In this document: one piece after another, positions 52,621 to 64,000 of the stretch
Position numbering within the stretch: position 1 is the first letter of the stretch
Layout of the letters: each line of letters begins with the position of its first letter
Assembly (NCBI GenBank): GCA_977017645.1
Contig: OZ360240.1
Span: 27,900,001 to 27,964,000 of the forward strand
DNA: 64,000 bases
Direction of reading: 5' to 3'
DNA from: Torpedo marmorata
Lineage: Eukaryota
Position numbers and translations under genes: made by a program
The notes under the pieces: model-generated
Databases searched by the model: none
What the model saw: only the letters and a program-made list of their open reading frames with translations
Told to the model about the DNA's origin: nothing

Positions 52621-54905
52621 ATATTAAAATGAGTTTATTTAAGAGGAGTAGGTTGCTGGTGAGTATGGAGTGAAAAATACCTAAATATGTTCGCACATGA
52701 CTTAGTTCACTGTGACATCTCAGCTTTCTATGAATGGATTAAGCAAGCGTTTTAACCAAATAAATATCTTAATTGCTCTGAAATAAACTACATTCAAAGA
52801 TGAATATATCCACAGTCATGGAAAGGACAGAGAGAGAGATGCTTCAGCCAACCTCCTCCTTGCTGCAGACTAGGTAAAAGGAAAATTCAATACTAATAAT
52901 AACAAATGTTCATAACAAAGAGGAACACCTCAAAGCACTTCATATACATGTGAGGACCAAAAATATAGAGGTAGTAGAAGGAGGGACAAACATTTGGTTG
53001 ATATATTGGGTTTAAAGGAGACCTCAAAAGGTGAAGAGACAGAGTGATTTAAAGAGTGTAGGACCCAGATCACGGAAAAGAAAGGAATGAATGTTAATAA
53101 GTCAGAGCAACCTGGAATTCAAGAGCTAAAGTTGTGGCATTCATCTCGTGTAGAAATGGCAAGTAGCCATTTAAAAGCAAGGACAAACAATTTAAAATTT
53201 GAAGATATTTTCAGGAATAAGGTCAGTAATTATAACCCCTGTTCCCCCACTCTCCAACCTACCATTCACAATATTAATCTTAATGGAGTTGCAACACGTT
53301 TCCCATGACTTTTCCTTGCTGCATTGTGGACAAGGGAAGGCCCACCTACCCAGAGGAGTGGCTGACAAATTTCAATGGGAGTGCAATGTCCAATGTACTT
53401 GGGAAGCGCACGCCCTTTTAACTGTAAGTCTGATTGAGACCTTTGGTCTTCCACTAGCTGGTGAAAGATGGAGGCAGAGAAGACAATGGCTCTAGTGGCC
53501 AGGTTGAGCAATAGCACATTCATTTGGAAGCTTCTTGGAAGGGCAAGGATCCCTCCCCCCCCCCCCCTCCCTCCCCCCTCCACCCCGCCTCAGCTCCCAT
53601 TGAATGATTTCACATTTCCTGTCTTTTCCTCCCTTTAATCTCTCCTTTGCTGGAAAGGAACACAGAGATTCTGGGATCCAACACCTCTGCACACTCTTCC
53701 ATCTAGCAATGGCGATTATCATTCCCATTGGCTTTTGCCAGACATCAAGAATAGTTAATTACATCTGGGAGTTTTAAATCCAGGGGAGGTACTGCAGGAC
53801 AGATGCAATAATGGGATTTAACATACAAAGTAGGGTGTGTCTGTTGGGGTGGGAGTCAGAGCCTTTGGTTTCTAGTCCCACACTGATCTTAGCTCTCAAT
53901 TACCTATCACATGCAGCATGCAGTCACACATCTGTTCCCAAAGAGGGATTGATGGAAGTTTTAAAATGGGCTCTTGTCGATTTTCAATGAATTGCAGGAA
54001 GTTTTACTTTAAAATTCTGGCACGTGTTTTTGCACAACTTCAGTGAATATCACACAGTAGCAAAAGCTGGGTTAATGCCAAAGTCCATGCACTGTGAGCC
54101 TCCAGTTGTGGTTCAAAACACAGAACTGAGGACTGCTATTGGACGAGTGGAAGTCAGGAAAAGTTTGAGGAAAATCCAAGTGGTTTTTATGTAACAAGTT
54201 ACACAGGGAGACTTAAAACTGGAGAGAGAGAAAGTAGGGCTAAGGTTAAAAATTAATTGTGGGTTAAAATGTCTGCATTTTAACGTACTTTCATCTCAAG
54301 GAACTCAGACAGGATGACTGCTTCTGGTCAATGGTTGTGATGACATATTCCTGAATTCGAGGAAGAGTCACTCCTCACAAAGAACCTTCAAGCCTTGAGG
54401 AGAGGTTTCTTGTCACCTTATGTGATAAAGCAAAGATAGCAGCTGGAAGCTTGCCTGGGGTTGATATTCCTCCAGTCTACTGACTGAACAAGGGGAATAT
54501 AGCGGTGAAGGAACCGGCCTGCAAGTTGTTCGGTGTGCTAATAGGTCATTGATTAGCTTGCCGTTGACCATGTTGGACGTGTGCCAGGAGGTGCCAGAGT
54601 CATGGGGAACCAGGCTGTTGCTGAATAACCCTCTCACACATCCCTTCCTCTCTTGCTGCTGTGGAGTGTGCAAGCAAATCCCATGTCCCATGTTTTGCAT
54701 GAGAGAAGAATGCAACCTGGGGGTGATGCTGGAGCTTTTTGTACAGCTAGGGAAAAAAAAAACCTGAAAACTACTGAAACATTGAGGATTAGAACAACTA
54801 ATCAGTAAAATACCTAGAGCCACAGTGCGCTTGCTAATGCACAGCAGATCTGTGCAAAACACTCATTTTGGATTTGAAGGGTCCCAGTGTTACTTATTCA
54901 AAGTG

Positions 54906-55165
54906 AAACACGAAAGTCTGCAGACGCTGTGATTGTTGTAAAATCTCACAGAAATGCTGGGGGATCTCAGCCAGTCTCACAGCGTCCATTGGAGGTGAAG
55001 ATATATTACCGACGTTTTGGGCCTGAGCCCTTCTTCAAGGTATAAGCTACACATATCTTATATCTTGAAGAAGGGCTCAGGCCTGAAACGTTGGTAATAT
55101 ATCTTTACCTCTAAAAGATGCTGCGAGATCGGCTGAGTTCCTCCAGCATTTCTGTGTGTTTTTAT
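54906..55165. mobile_element. Palindromic Penelope-derived element (two inverted terminal units)
   Basis: 100-bp arms at 54947-55046 and 55057-55156 are near reverse complements around a 10-nt loop. Each arm carries the hammerhead-like core. Confidence 0.82.
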
Positions 55166-55183
55166 TACTTATTCCAAACCTAC

Positions 55184-55542
55184 CTTGAAAGTTGCCTGCA
55201 GTAATTTGCTTTTCCTGGTGACATTTTTACACCTGTTGGCTGTGGCTTTTTTGGCCTGAGTTCTGGACGCTATTTTTGCAGGTACAGAGGCATCACTGGG
55301 AAATAACCTCTCTCTGTGCAGCAGAGGCCGCAGGTCAGATTCACGTCGGCGCCAGATTGTCACCTCTGGACCCCCATTCGTGTTCTTCAACTTTTTATTC
55401 TTTTCTCCTGCCTTCAGTGCTTTTTTCTTCATTGCCGGGAGCTTCTCACACTTCTTCACTGCCAGGCCAGGTTCCAGGCTGTGCTTGACGGGGCGCTTTT
55501 TAATCTTCACGTCCCCATCCACGCTGCTTAATCCAAGGGTTC
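55184..55542 (-). CDS. BAHCC1: BAHCC1-like coding exon (359 nt, Lys-rich)
   Basis: Encodes TLGLSSVDGDVKIKKRPVK...KSKLLQATFK. Boundaries ctttccag|GA and AAG|gtaggt; phase 1 to 0. Confidence 0.85.
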
Positions 55543-55599
55543 CTGGAAAGCCAAGAAGAATGAACAATTCACACACTGGCCACTGCAAGAAGTGCAACT

Positions 55600-56076
55600 C
55601 AATGGCTCTCGAAAACTTCTACAGGTGTACCGTGGAGAGCACTTTGGCGGGTTGCATCACTGCCTGGTATGGAGGTGCCAATGCTCAGGAGAGGAAAAAA
55701 CTCCAGAGGGTTGTTAACTCGGCCTGCGACATCACGGGCACTAGTCTTCACTCCATCGAGGACATCTACAGGAGGCGGTGTCTTAAGAAAGCAGCCTCTA
55801 TCCTCAAGGACCCCCACCACCCAGGCCAGGCCCTCTTCACTCTGCTACCATCGGAAAGGAGGTACAGGAGCCTAAAGACGAACATCCAGCGGCACAAGGA
55901 CAGCTTTTTCCCCGCTGCCATCAGATTCCTGAATGATCAATGAACCAAAGACACTACCTTACTTTGTCTCTTTCTTTCTCTTGCACTATTTTATTTATTT
56001 TGAAATGTGGTTTATAGAAATATTTGCACTGTGATGCTGCCACAAAACAACATGACAATGAATTCTGATTCTGATT
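55600..56076 (+). mobile_element. Rex1/Babar-like LINE 3' end
   Basis: Encodes LENFYRCTVESTLAGCITAWYG...SFFPAAIRFLN; ends in attctg repeats. Confidence 0.85.
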
Positions 56077-57589
56077 CAATGGCATCATCTGATCTCAATC
56101 CTCCACTTTCCTTAAACTCAGGGAATGTCTTCCATGTTTTCTTTAATCCATGGAGCCATCATACTGAACCAACAGAACAAAATCATTAAATCAAGGGCTG
56201 AAACAGTTTTGCCAACTGAACATACTTATCATCGTTTTCTGAGAATCAATGGTGTGGTGATGGTCTTATATATTGACAAATGTCAAGAGGACTTTTCAAG
56301 GCAAATACAGAATTACCGTAGCTGTTATTTGCAAGTTATCCCTCTGCACAGTAGGGGAGTGAAATGAAACTTCAACATATGAAATCCCTTTCTCATTGTT
56401 TGTCTGCAGCAGCAGATCTTAGAGTGGTTTATAATGGCCATTTGGAAACAGTCCCTGGTCAAAGGCGATGCCATCAAATTTCCCATTGACAGTTCTTTCC
56501 CCAAAAAATAAATTCATAACTCAGATTTGATTGGAAAGATGTTGTTGCAGTTACATGAGGCAGGTGGTCCCTATTAACAGGTTTTATTGCAAAGTACATT
56601 TACAAGGCTTTTGTTTGGAACTTTAATGGGTGTTTTTGATGGTTGGCTCATTCTTAGATGAACGTAATGCTTGAATAGACTACAAAAGGTAAATTTAAAG
56701 AGGGTAGACACACTCTCAGCCAAGTGTTTCAAAGTCAAGGTGCACATCCACTGAACGAGTTTGTGAATGCGCTGATTTGAGTTGGAAGACAAAAATCACA
56801 TATCTGAATACTTTCTGATACCAGTGGGTTTTGAACTAATGCACAAGGCAGGATTGGGCTGGCAGGATCAGCATTTATTATTCATCCCTTGCTCCAATGG
56901 AACTGCTCGCTGGGCCATGTTAGGCGGAAGATCAGAGTCAGCCATGATGCTCTGGGCGTGGAGTCACATGTAGGTCAGAAGAGTAAGGACAATGAGTTTC
57001 CTTTCGTAAAAGATATTGATAAATAAGTTAGGTGTTTACTCCAATCGGGACGTTTTATCCCAGCATTCCTGATACTAACTTTGTATTCTGGATATATTGA
57101 TTTAATTTAAATATCCTAAAATCCATGGTCTCTGGCCTTCTAGGCCAGTAACCATAATCACTACATTGTAATTCTCAGCATTACAAAGAGCACTTGCAGG
57201 GAGGGACCAGGGAAGATCTCCACGTCTACACTCTCAGGCCAGGGAGACAAATGAAACGGGATCAAAATAAACAGATAGTCCACATTCTCTTCATCAAATG
57301 TTCAAAATCCAGGGCTGAATAATCACTTCGTTGCCAGAGTCATTACCCAAGATAATTTGTAAATTTATTGCCTTTATCAGTGCAGGGAATCTCTCAGTTA
57401 TCATTATCAGTAGGAATACAGATCAATACTACATCCAAATTGAATGCTAATGTGGGACACAGTTTGGCAGTAATCAAGGGGAGAAATACTAGATAGGTAT
57501 ACATGTAAGTATATATATAAGGGGAGAACATGATGTCCAAATCACACTCAAACTCTGCTGCTTGCACCACATTGGAGGTGACTTCTTAA

Positions 57590-57943
57590 CAGAAATTATG
57601 AGGGGCATTAGATAGGGCAGACAGGCAGCACCTTTTCCCTGGGGTGACTCTGGCAAATACCAGAGGACATCTGTACAAGGTGAGTGGAATAAAGTTTAGT
57701 GGAGACGTGAGGAGTACTTTTTTATTTTTACGCAGAGAGCAGTGTGCCTGGAATGCATTGCTGGGGGTGGTGGTGGATGCTGGTACAACAGGGACATTCA
57801 AGACACTCTTAGACAACAACATGGTTGCAAGAAAAATAGAGGGTTATGGGTGTGAGGTAGGGAAGGGTTGTGGAATTGGCTTCCATATAGGCATAACATT
57901 ATGGGCCGAAGGGCCTGCACTGTGCTGTAATGTTCTATGTTCT
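57590..57943 (+). mobile_element. CR1/HER1-like LINE 3' fragment
   Basis: Encodes TRGHLYKV...AWNALLG.VVDAGT..TFK..LD, followed by the tail gggccgaagggcctg...tgttctatgttcta. Confidence 0.82.
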
Positions 57944-58411
57944 AAAACAAGGAATGCAGACCAATAATATTAATTCCGAGAGAGGGGTAAAAGGAGAGAG
58001 GAAACTGGTTTCTTGAAATTATATTGCACCTATCTTTGGTGTGCTCAAGCATTCTTGATTGTTGGGCTAGTGCCAAACTGAGACCTCTCAAAACATTGTT
58101 CAATTGATTAAAAACAAGTGCACAACAGTATTAGGAAGTTTTCCACCCAGAAAAAAAAGTGCTTAAGACAGGATCTGCCTGATTCCCAACAGGACCAAGC
58201 TAAATTCAGCACAGCTGCTGACATATTGCTGAGCTGCAGTCAAAGGCATCAGTCCTTAAAGGAACACTCTCCACAGTGGCAGCAAAGCACACAATCCCTT
58301 TCTATTCTCCTCACATCCCCTCAACTCTCCCCAGATTCTACTCACCTACACCAGGGGCAACTGACAGTGGCCAATTAATGGACCAACCTGCATATCTTTG
58401 AAATGATAGAA

Positions 58412-58648
58412 GGGCGGCATGGTTAGCGTAACGGTTAGCGCAACGCTATTACAGAGACAGCAAGCGGGGTTCGAATCCCGCGCTTTCTGTAAGGAGTTTG
58501 TACGTTTTCCCCGTGTCTGCGTGGGTTTCCTCCAGGCACTCCGGTTTTCTCCCACCCTTCTAAACATACCGGGGATTGTAGGTTAATTGGGCGGCACAGG
58601 CTTGTGGGCCGAAAGGGCTTGTTACCCTGATGTATGTCTAAAAAAAAA
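58412..58648 (+). mobile_element. V-SINE (HE1-like) inserted into an older inverted SINE
   Basis: Full head and core. The flanks 58340-58410 and 58650-58770 read as one older minus-strand SINE. Confidence 0.82.
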
Positions 58649-59007
58649 GTCAGGGCACCCTGTGAGAACCCACATGGTCAGTGGGAGAACATGCAAACTC
58701 CACACAGAAGCACCAGAGGTCAGGATCAACCGGAGGTGTGAAGCAGCTGCTCTACTGAATGCACCACTGGTCTTCTTGCTAGATGTTCTGGTCCTCATGC
58801 TCTGTATCTCTCAACTGCTCTTACTCTAGCACTGGCTGTTGTAGCCTGCTGGTCACATTATGCTCCAAACAGGAGACTAACATAAAGCTGGTGGGCATTT
58901 ACTGCAGGCACTGATGGACAAATGAAGGCAGAACAAGCTCATATTCAGGAGACAAATGCATTCTCCTCTCATCTCGTCGTTCTGTAGCCACCATTATACC
59001 GATAGAA

Positions 59008-59791
59008 GTAAAACATGAAAGTCTGCAGACACCGTGCTTGAAGTAAAAACACAAAGCTGGAGAAACTCAGCTGGTCAAACAGTACAATATATAGCAAAGA
59101 TAAAGATACATAACCAACCCTTCATCAAGGTATGAAAAAATGTCAGCAGGAGCCTGAACAAAATGGTAGGGAAGGAGGGGCAGGGGGAGGAGCACGGTCC
59201 CAAAGACAGGAGGTAATAGGTGGATAAGGGAGGGAGGGCATGCCAGCAAGCAGGGGAGGAGGGATGGCTCTGTGAATGGAGAGGGAAGGAGATGGGGAGC
59301 TGGAGGAAAGAAGACAAAGGGAAAGGGAAGGGAGGGAGAACTGGGAGCAGGCTAGCAGAAACCGGAGAAGTCGATGTGTTGTTCTTCCAATTTACAGGTG
59401 GAACACTTGATTTTCCATCTGGGCACTCTCCAACCAGATAGCATTCACATCGACTTCTCCAGTTTCTGCTAGCCTATTCTCCGTTCTCCCTCCCTTCCCT
59501 TTGTCTTCTTTCGTCCAGCTCTCCACCCCTTCCCTCTTCATTCACAGAGCCATCACTGCTTCCCCTACTTGCTGGTGTGCCCTCCCTCCCTTATCCACCT
59601 CTTACCACCTGCCTTTGGGACTGTGCTCCTCCCCCTGCCCCTCCCTACCACCATTTTGTTCAGGCGCCTGCCGACATTTTTTCATACCTTGATGAAGGGC
59701 TCAAGCCTGAAATGTTGGCTATGTATCTTTATCTTTGCTGTATAAGGTACACTGTTTGACCAACTGAGCTTCTCCAGCATTGTGTTTTTAC
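59008..59791. mobile_element. Inverted pair of Penelope-like termini
   Basis: 59043-59378 and 59446-59791 are reverse-complement copies of the same Penelope-like 3' region. Confidence 0.82.
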
Positions 59792-60238
59792 CAGTATACC
59801 GACACTCTGCTACAATGATAGGTGTACAAGAAAGCAGAAGGTAGCTCTTGTCCCCCAAGGTCAATCCCTCAGACCAGAGCTTGCCACTAAACTTGTCACA
59901 CGGTATGAACTCTCTAAGCATGAATAGGTCATGGAATGTCCTTGAAAGCACGGCACTAGCCATAAGAATATTCTTCTGACAGACCAACATAATCATGAAT
60001 AGATCTGGGCATTTAGGAACATGATCGTAATCAATGGCAGTCTGCAGTTTGAGGAAGCCTGCAATCTGGTAAACCCCAACACTTGAAATGTTGTGGGATT
60101 TCCACTGAGATCAAACCCTACACAGATGTTCTCCCATGTGCAAAAGACCTGGGTGACCTCTCTCGTGCTACAGTGACCAGCAAACTGTAATATATGGCAA
60201 AGATCAGAGGACACTGATTGGTATGATCCCAAGGGCAA

Positions 60239-60495
60239 GGGCATCATGGTTAGTGTAGCGGTTAGCGTGACACTATTACAGCGCCAGTGACCCAGTTCAA
60301 ATCCGGCGCTGTCTGTAAGGAGTTTGTACATTCTCCCCGTGACCTGCGTCGGTTTTCCTCAGTGCTCTGGTTTCCTCCCACCCTCCAAAACGTAGAGGGT
60401 TTGTAGGTTAATTAAATTTGTATGTAATTGGGCGACACGGGTTTAAATGGCCGGACTCGGCTTTACCATGTTTTAAATAATTTTTTTAATTTAAA
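60239..60495 (+). mobile_element. V-SINE (HE1-like)
   Basis: Head, core and tail as in the other copies. Confidence 0.85.
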
Positions 60496-61491
60496 GATGT
60501 TGAGAGTTACCATGATCTCCAGGCTCAGGAGCATGCTGAAGGTCATCTCACAATATGTTACAGATCTCAATTATGACTGCTTTTGTAAAGCTGAAGCTGA
60601 ACTAGTGTAGATATTGTCCTTCAGAGAGTTCAAGTTTAACCCTGTGTCTCTAATACCTCTCAGGGTATAGGATCTTCACATCTGTGTATTCTGCAACGTG
60701 AAGGCCCTGACCTTTCCTGGGTCATCTGTGAAGCCTAGTCCAAGGCTTCCATTCAAAAGTGCTGCTAATGTTATGACCACTGACACACTCACTGAATGAT
60801 TTGGTTTGCAGTTAAATGCTACAGCAAGTGCTCCTTGCTAGTTTGAGCACACTCTTAAGGTCTCCAGGTGATGTGAGTAGTCTGCAGTGAGATCTCTAGC
60901 TGCCCTGAGAGTCATCTCAATGTCAGCTGAATGTTCCTTTTGGTGGTACTCAGACGAACAACGCAGTGCATTTTGTTTCGTGTTTTCTTGTGGTTGTTCA
61001 AAGACAGTTATTTTCTGGACTTTTCAGCTCCAATTTATTCCCCAATGGGTTGAAACGTGTGTTGTACAATGAATGATGTCACTGGTATGCACCTGATATT
61101 ACCAAAACATAGGGCATGTGAATGTTAATTGCGATCAGGGGTGTCCAGTCCAATTTTGCAATTGGCACAATTTCATCCAGTAATGATTACTAATGCAATT
61201 TTCCCTGGTTAACATTGATTTAGAATTCTATTATGTAGGCAGAAACAGAACCAGCAACCAAATCTTTCAGCATTAGTAACTTTGGTATTTTTCAGCTGCA
61301 TTGTCCCAGCCCAGTAAGTGATGTAGGTCGCAAATAATGATGGTGAAAGCAGTATTATAATTTACTTCCAATGTCACGTCTGATAATATGAGGATCACCC
61401 CCAAATACTGGCTTCTAAGGTCCTTACCATCCTGTTTTGAATCTTCGCTAGCTGTGTAATAAAACCTATAATGGTCACACATCTGTGATTA

Positions 61492-61990
<499 letters not shown>

Positions 61991-62406
61991 TCTCCTTGTG
62001 TTTGTGGCTTATTCCTTTATACTTTGTTCATTTAGACAACATACAGTTGTTCAGGTCCAGCCTTGTTTGTTGTGGTTAAGTATGTTATCATGCAAAATAT
62101 AGATATCAGTTCCTCCTATCTCCAATAGGAATAGTGTTATTTTGCAGTGCTTCGTGTACTGACTAATACAGACCTTGTTGTATTACATGTTCAAATCAAT
62201 AACTCAGTAACCATTGTCTACTGCCTCCTGCCTTACTGGATTATCATAGATGTCCTATGATGATGGCAAGGAAACAGATCATGGTGCAGGGCTATCCACC
62301 AAAGATTGTCCAACAATACAAGCTGAGGGTGGGAGTAGCTAAGACACTACTTGGAGTGGTAATTTCTACATGATTCCGTGAACCATTGCAGTTAAAAGCA
62401 GCATAC

Positions 62407-62652
62407 CAGCATCTGAAGAGAAGCCATCACTCTCTGTGGACATCCATTCCCTTTCATTCAACATTGTCTGAACTTCCTGCTTCCGCTTCTTTTTGCTGCA
62501 TTTCTGTACTTTAACTCCAACTGCCTTTCTTTTTTGTTGAATTACAGGTTTCTTTTTAATGACGGAGTTAGCCTTCTGAACCACTTTGTTCTTTGCAAAA
62601 GTCGCTTTAGAGCTTGATACACCGTCCTCTTCTTCTGAATCCATTTTCATGC
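62407..62652 (-). CDS. BAHCC1: BAHCC1-like coding exon (246 nt, Lys-rich)
   Basis: Encodes MKMDSEEEDG...KKKRKQEV...ESDGFSSDA. Boundaries ttacag|GC and G|gtatgc; phase 1 to 1, compatible with the next exon. Supported mainly by the open frame and splice signals. Confidence 0.75.
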
Positions 62653-62996
62653 CTGTAATTTGAACACATGTTGGCATTTTCAAATATCATTTAATTAATA
62701 AATTAAGACGTTTCAATGATACCTGTGCACACTTTCTACCCTAAAATGTCTACTTCCTGTTGTCATGGCTTTGTCAGTTTTCTTTGACAATATTTCCATT
62801 ATAAAATCCTCCTTCCATATTCACAATCGAAGCTGCCTATGTAATCCTGTTAGACCCTCCCATTGTTTGACCCTTATGTGTGCCTCTCCCTATATCCCCT
62901 GCCTATACTGCAGAAATGGTCCTCTATTCCAACCAAGTCAACTTCTCTCCATGTGTATGTTGCATTTATCAAAAGAACAGAGGATTCAAGCTATTA

Positions 62997-64000
62997 CCGT
63001 ATATTTCGGCGTATAAGTTGTCTCGCAGATAAGTCGACCCCCCTTTTTCAGCCTCATTTTAATGGTTTTATTGTATATCCGGCGTATAAGTCAACCCCCA
63101 AAAATCACGATGATTGAGCTGCTGGGCGTTGACCGGCGTATAGGTCGACCCACAACGATCGCGCTGATTGAGCTGCTGGGCGTTGGCTGGAGGTGATTGT
63201 TATCATGGAGGCTCAATTGAAACGACGAAAGTATGAGGCGAGTTTTAAATGAAAAGTGATAGAAATGGGCAAGAAAACCAACAACTGTGCTGCTGCAATA
63301 AAATTTGATATATATGAGAAGTTGGTAAGAGATTGGAGGAAGAAAGAAGAGACTTTAAGAAAAATACCAAAAAGGCAATGTTCGATGAGAAGAGGAATCA
63401 CTCGTTGGCCAGAGTTGGAAAATCATGTCACAGCATGGGTACGTGAACAGAGGCAAGATTGCTACATTGTCATCCGAAATAAAATAAGAACATTTGCACT
63501 GAAGTAGGCAAAGTCGCACCCAGAACTCAGTAATGATTTTGAAGCTACAGTAGGCTGGTGCAACCATTTCATGAACAGGAAAAATATGGTATTACGACAA
63601 AAAACAAAAATTGCTCAGTAACTACCAAAAGATCTTGATCATAAAGTTATAAGTTTTCACCAGTTTATTTTACGTAACCGGCAGAAACACAAGTTTGCAT
63701 TGGCAAATATTGGAAACATGGACGAAATCCCCATGAATTTTGACATGATAGGCAATAGAACAGTGGAATGGAAAGGTGTGAAAACTGTGCAAACCAGGAG
63801 TACAGGCCATGAAAGGACCAGGTTTACTGTGGTGTTATCGTGAATGGCTGACGGGACAAAGTTAAGACCCATGGAAATCTTCAAACGTAAATTTAAACCT
63901 AAAATAAAATTCCCTGCGGGCATTTTTGTACATTTTCATGAAAAAGGATGGATGGATGAAAATGGTGTAAAACTATGGATAGACAATGTGTGCAACAGGC
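62997..64000 (+). pseudogene. Decayed pogo-family (POGK-like) DNA transposon with inactivated transposase (ATG 63205), running off the window
   Basis: TA followed by terminal repeat ccgtatatttcggcgtataag. One frame reads MEAQLKRRKYEASFK*KVIE...RWPELE...GWCNHFMNR...IGNMDEIPMNFD...TGHERTRFTVVL...GWMDE (Brinker-like HTH, CENP-B HTH, DDE_1) with four in-frame stops. Confidence 0.9.

Noticed and set aside
55380-55943. 187-aa plus-strand ORF
   Set aside because: A chance fusion of the antisense of a BAHCC1-like exon with an adjacent Rex1-like LINE tail.

Overview
Vertebrate genomic DNA, very likely a cartilaginous fish (inferred from HE1-like V-SINEs, CR1/HER1-like LINEs and Penelope-like elements). 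The whole window lies inside one minus-strand gene, a BAHCC1-like chromatin reader of the BAHCC1/TNRC18 family. I reconstructed 11 internal coding exons (62652 down to 252; 2789 nt) with GT-AG boundaries and consistent phases. They cover the tandem Tudor region and stop just before the BAH domain. The introns hold many mobile elements: V-SINEs, L1/Tx1-like LINEs with target-site duplications (TSDs), Rex1/Babar-like and CR1-like tails, Penelope-like elements with hammerhead-like cores, pogo/Tigger-type MITEs, a decayed pogo transposase, a Chapaev3-like element, a piggyBac-type MITE and a solo LTR. The most unusual feature is a ~1.07 kb foreign-looking insert at 4029-5100. It has a poly(A) tail, a TSD, a 42-bp fold-back end, a CpG-rich bidirectional promoter, a spliced mini-gene whose intron is a 9-bp repeat array, and a truncated basic ORF. 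A candidate 46-nt cryptic exon lies in the 30.6-kb intron. There is one assembly gap at 37053-37462. Family assignments come from recalled motifs, not database searches.
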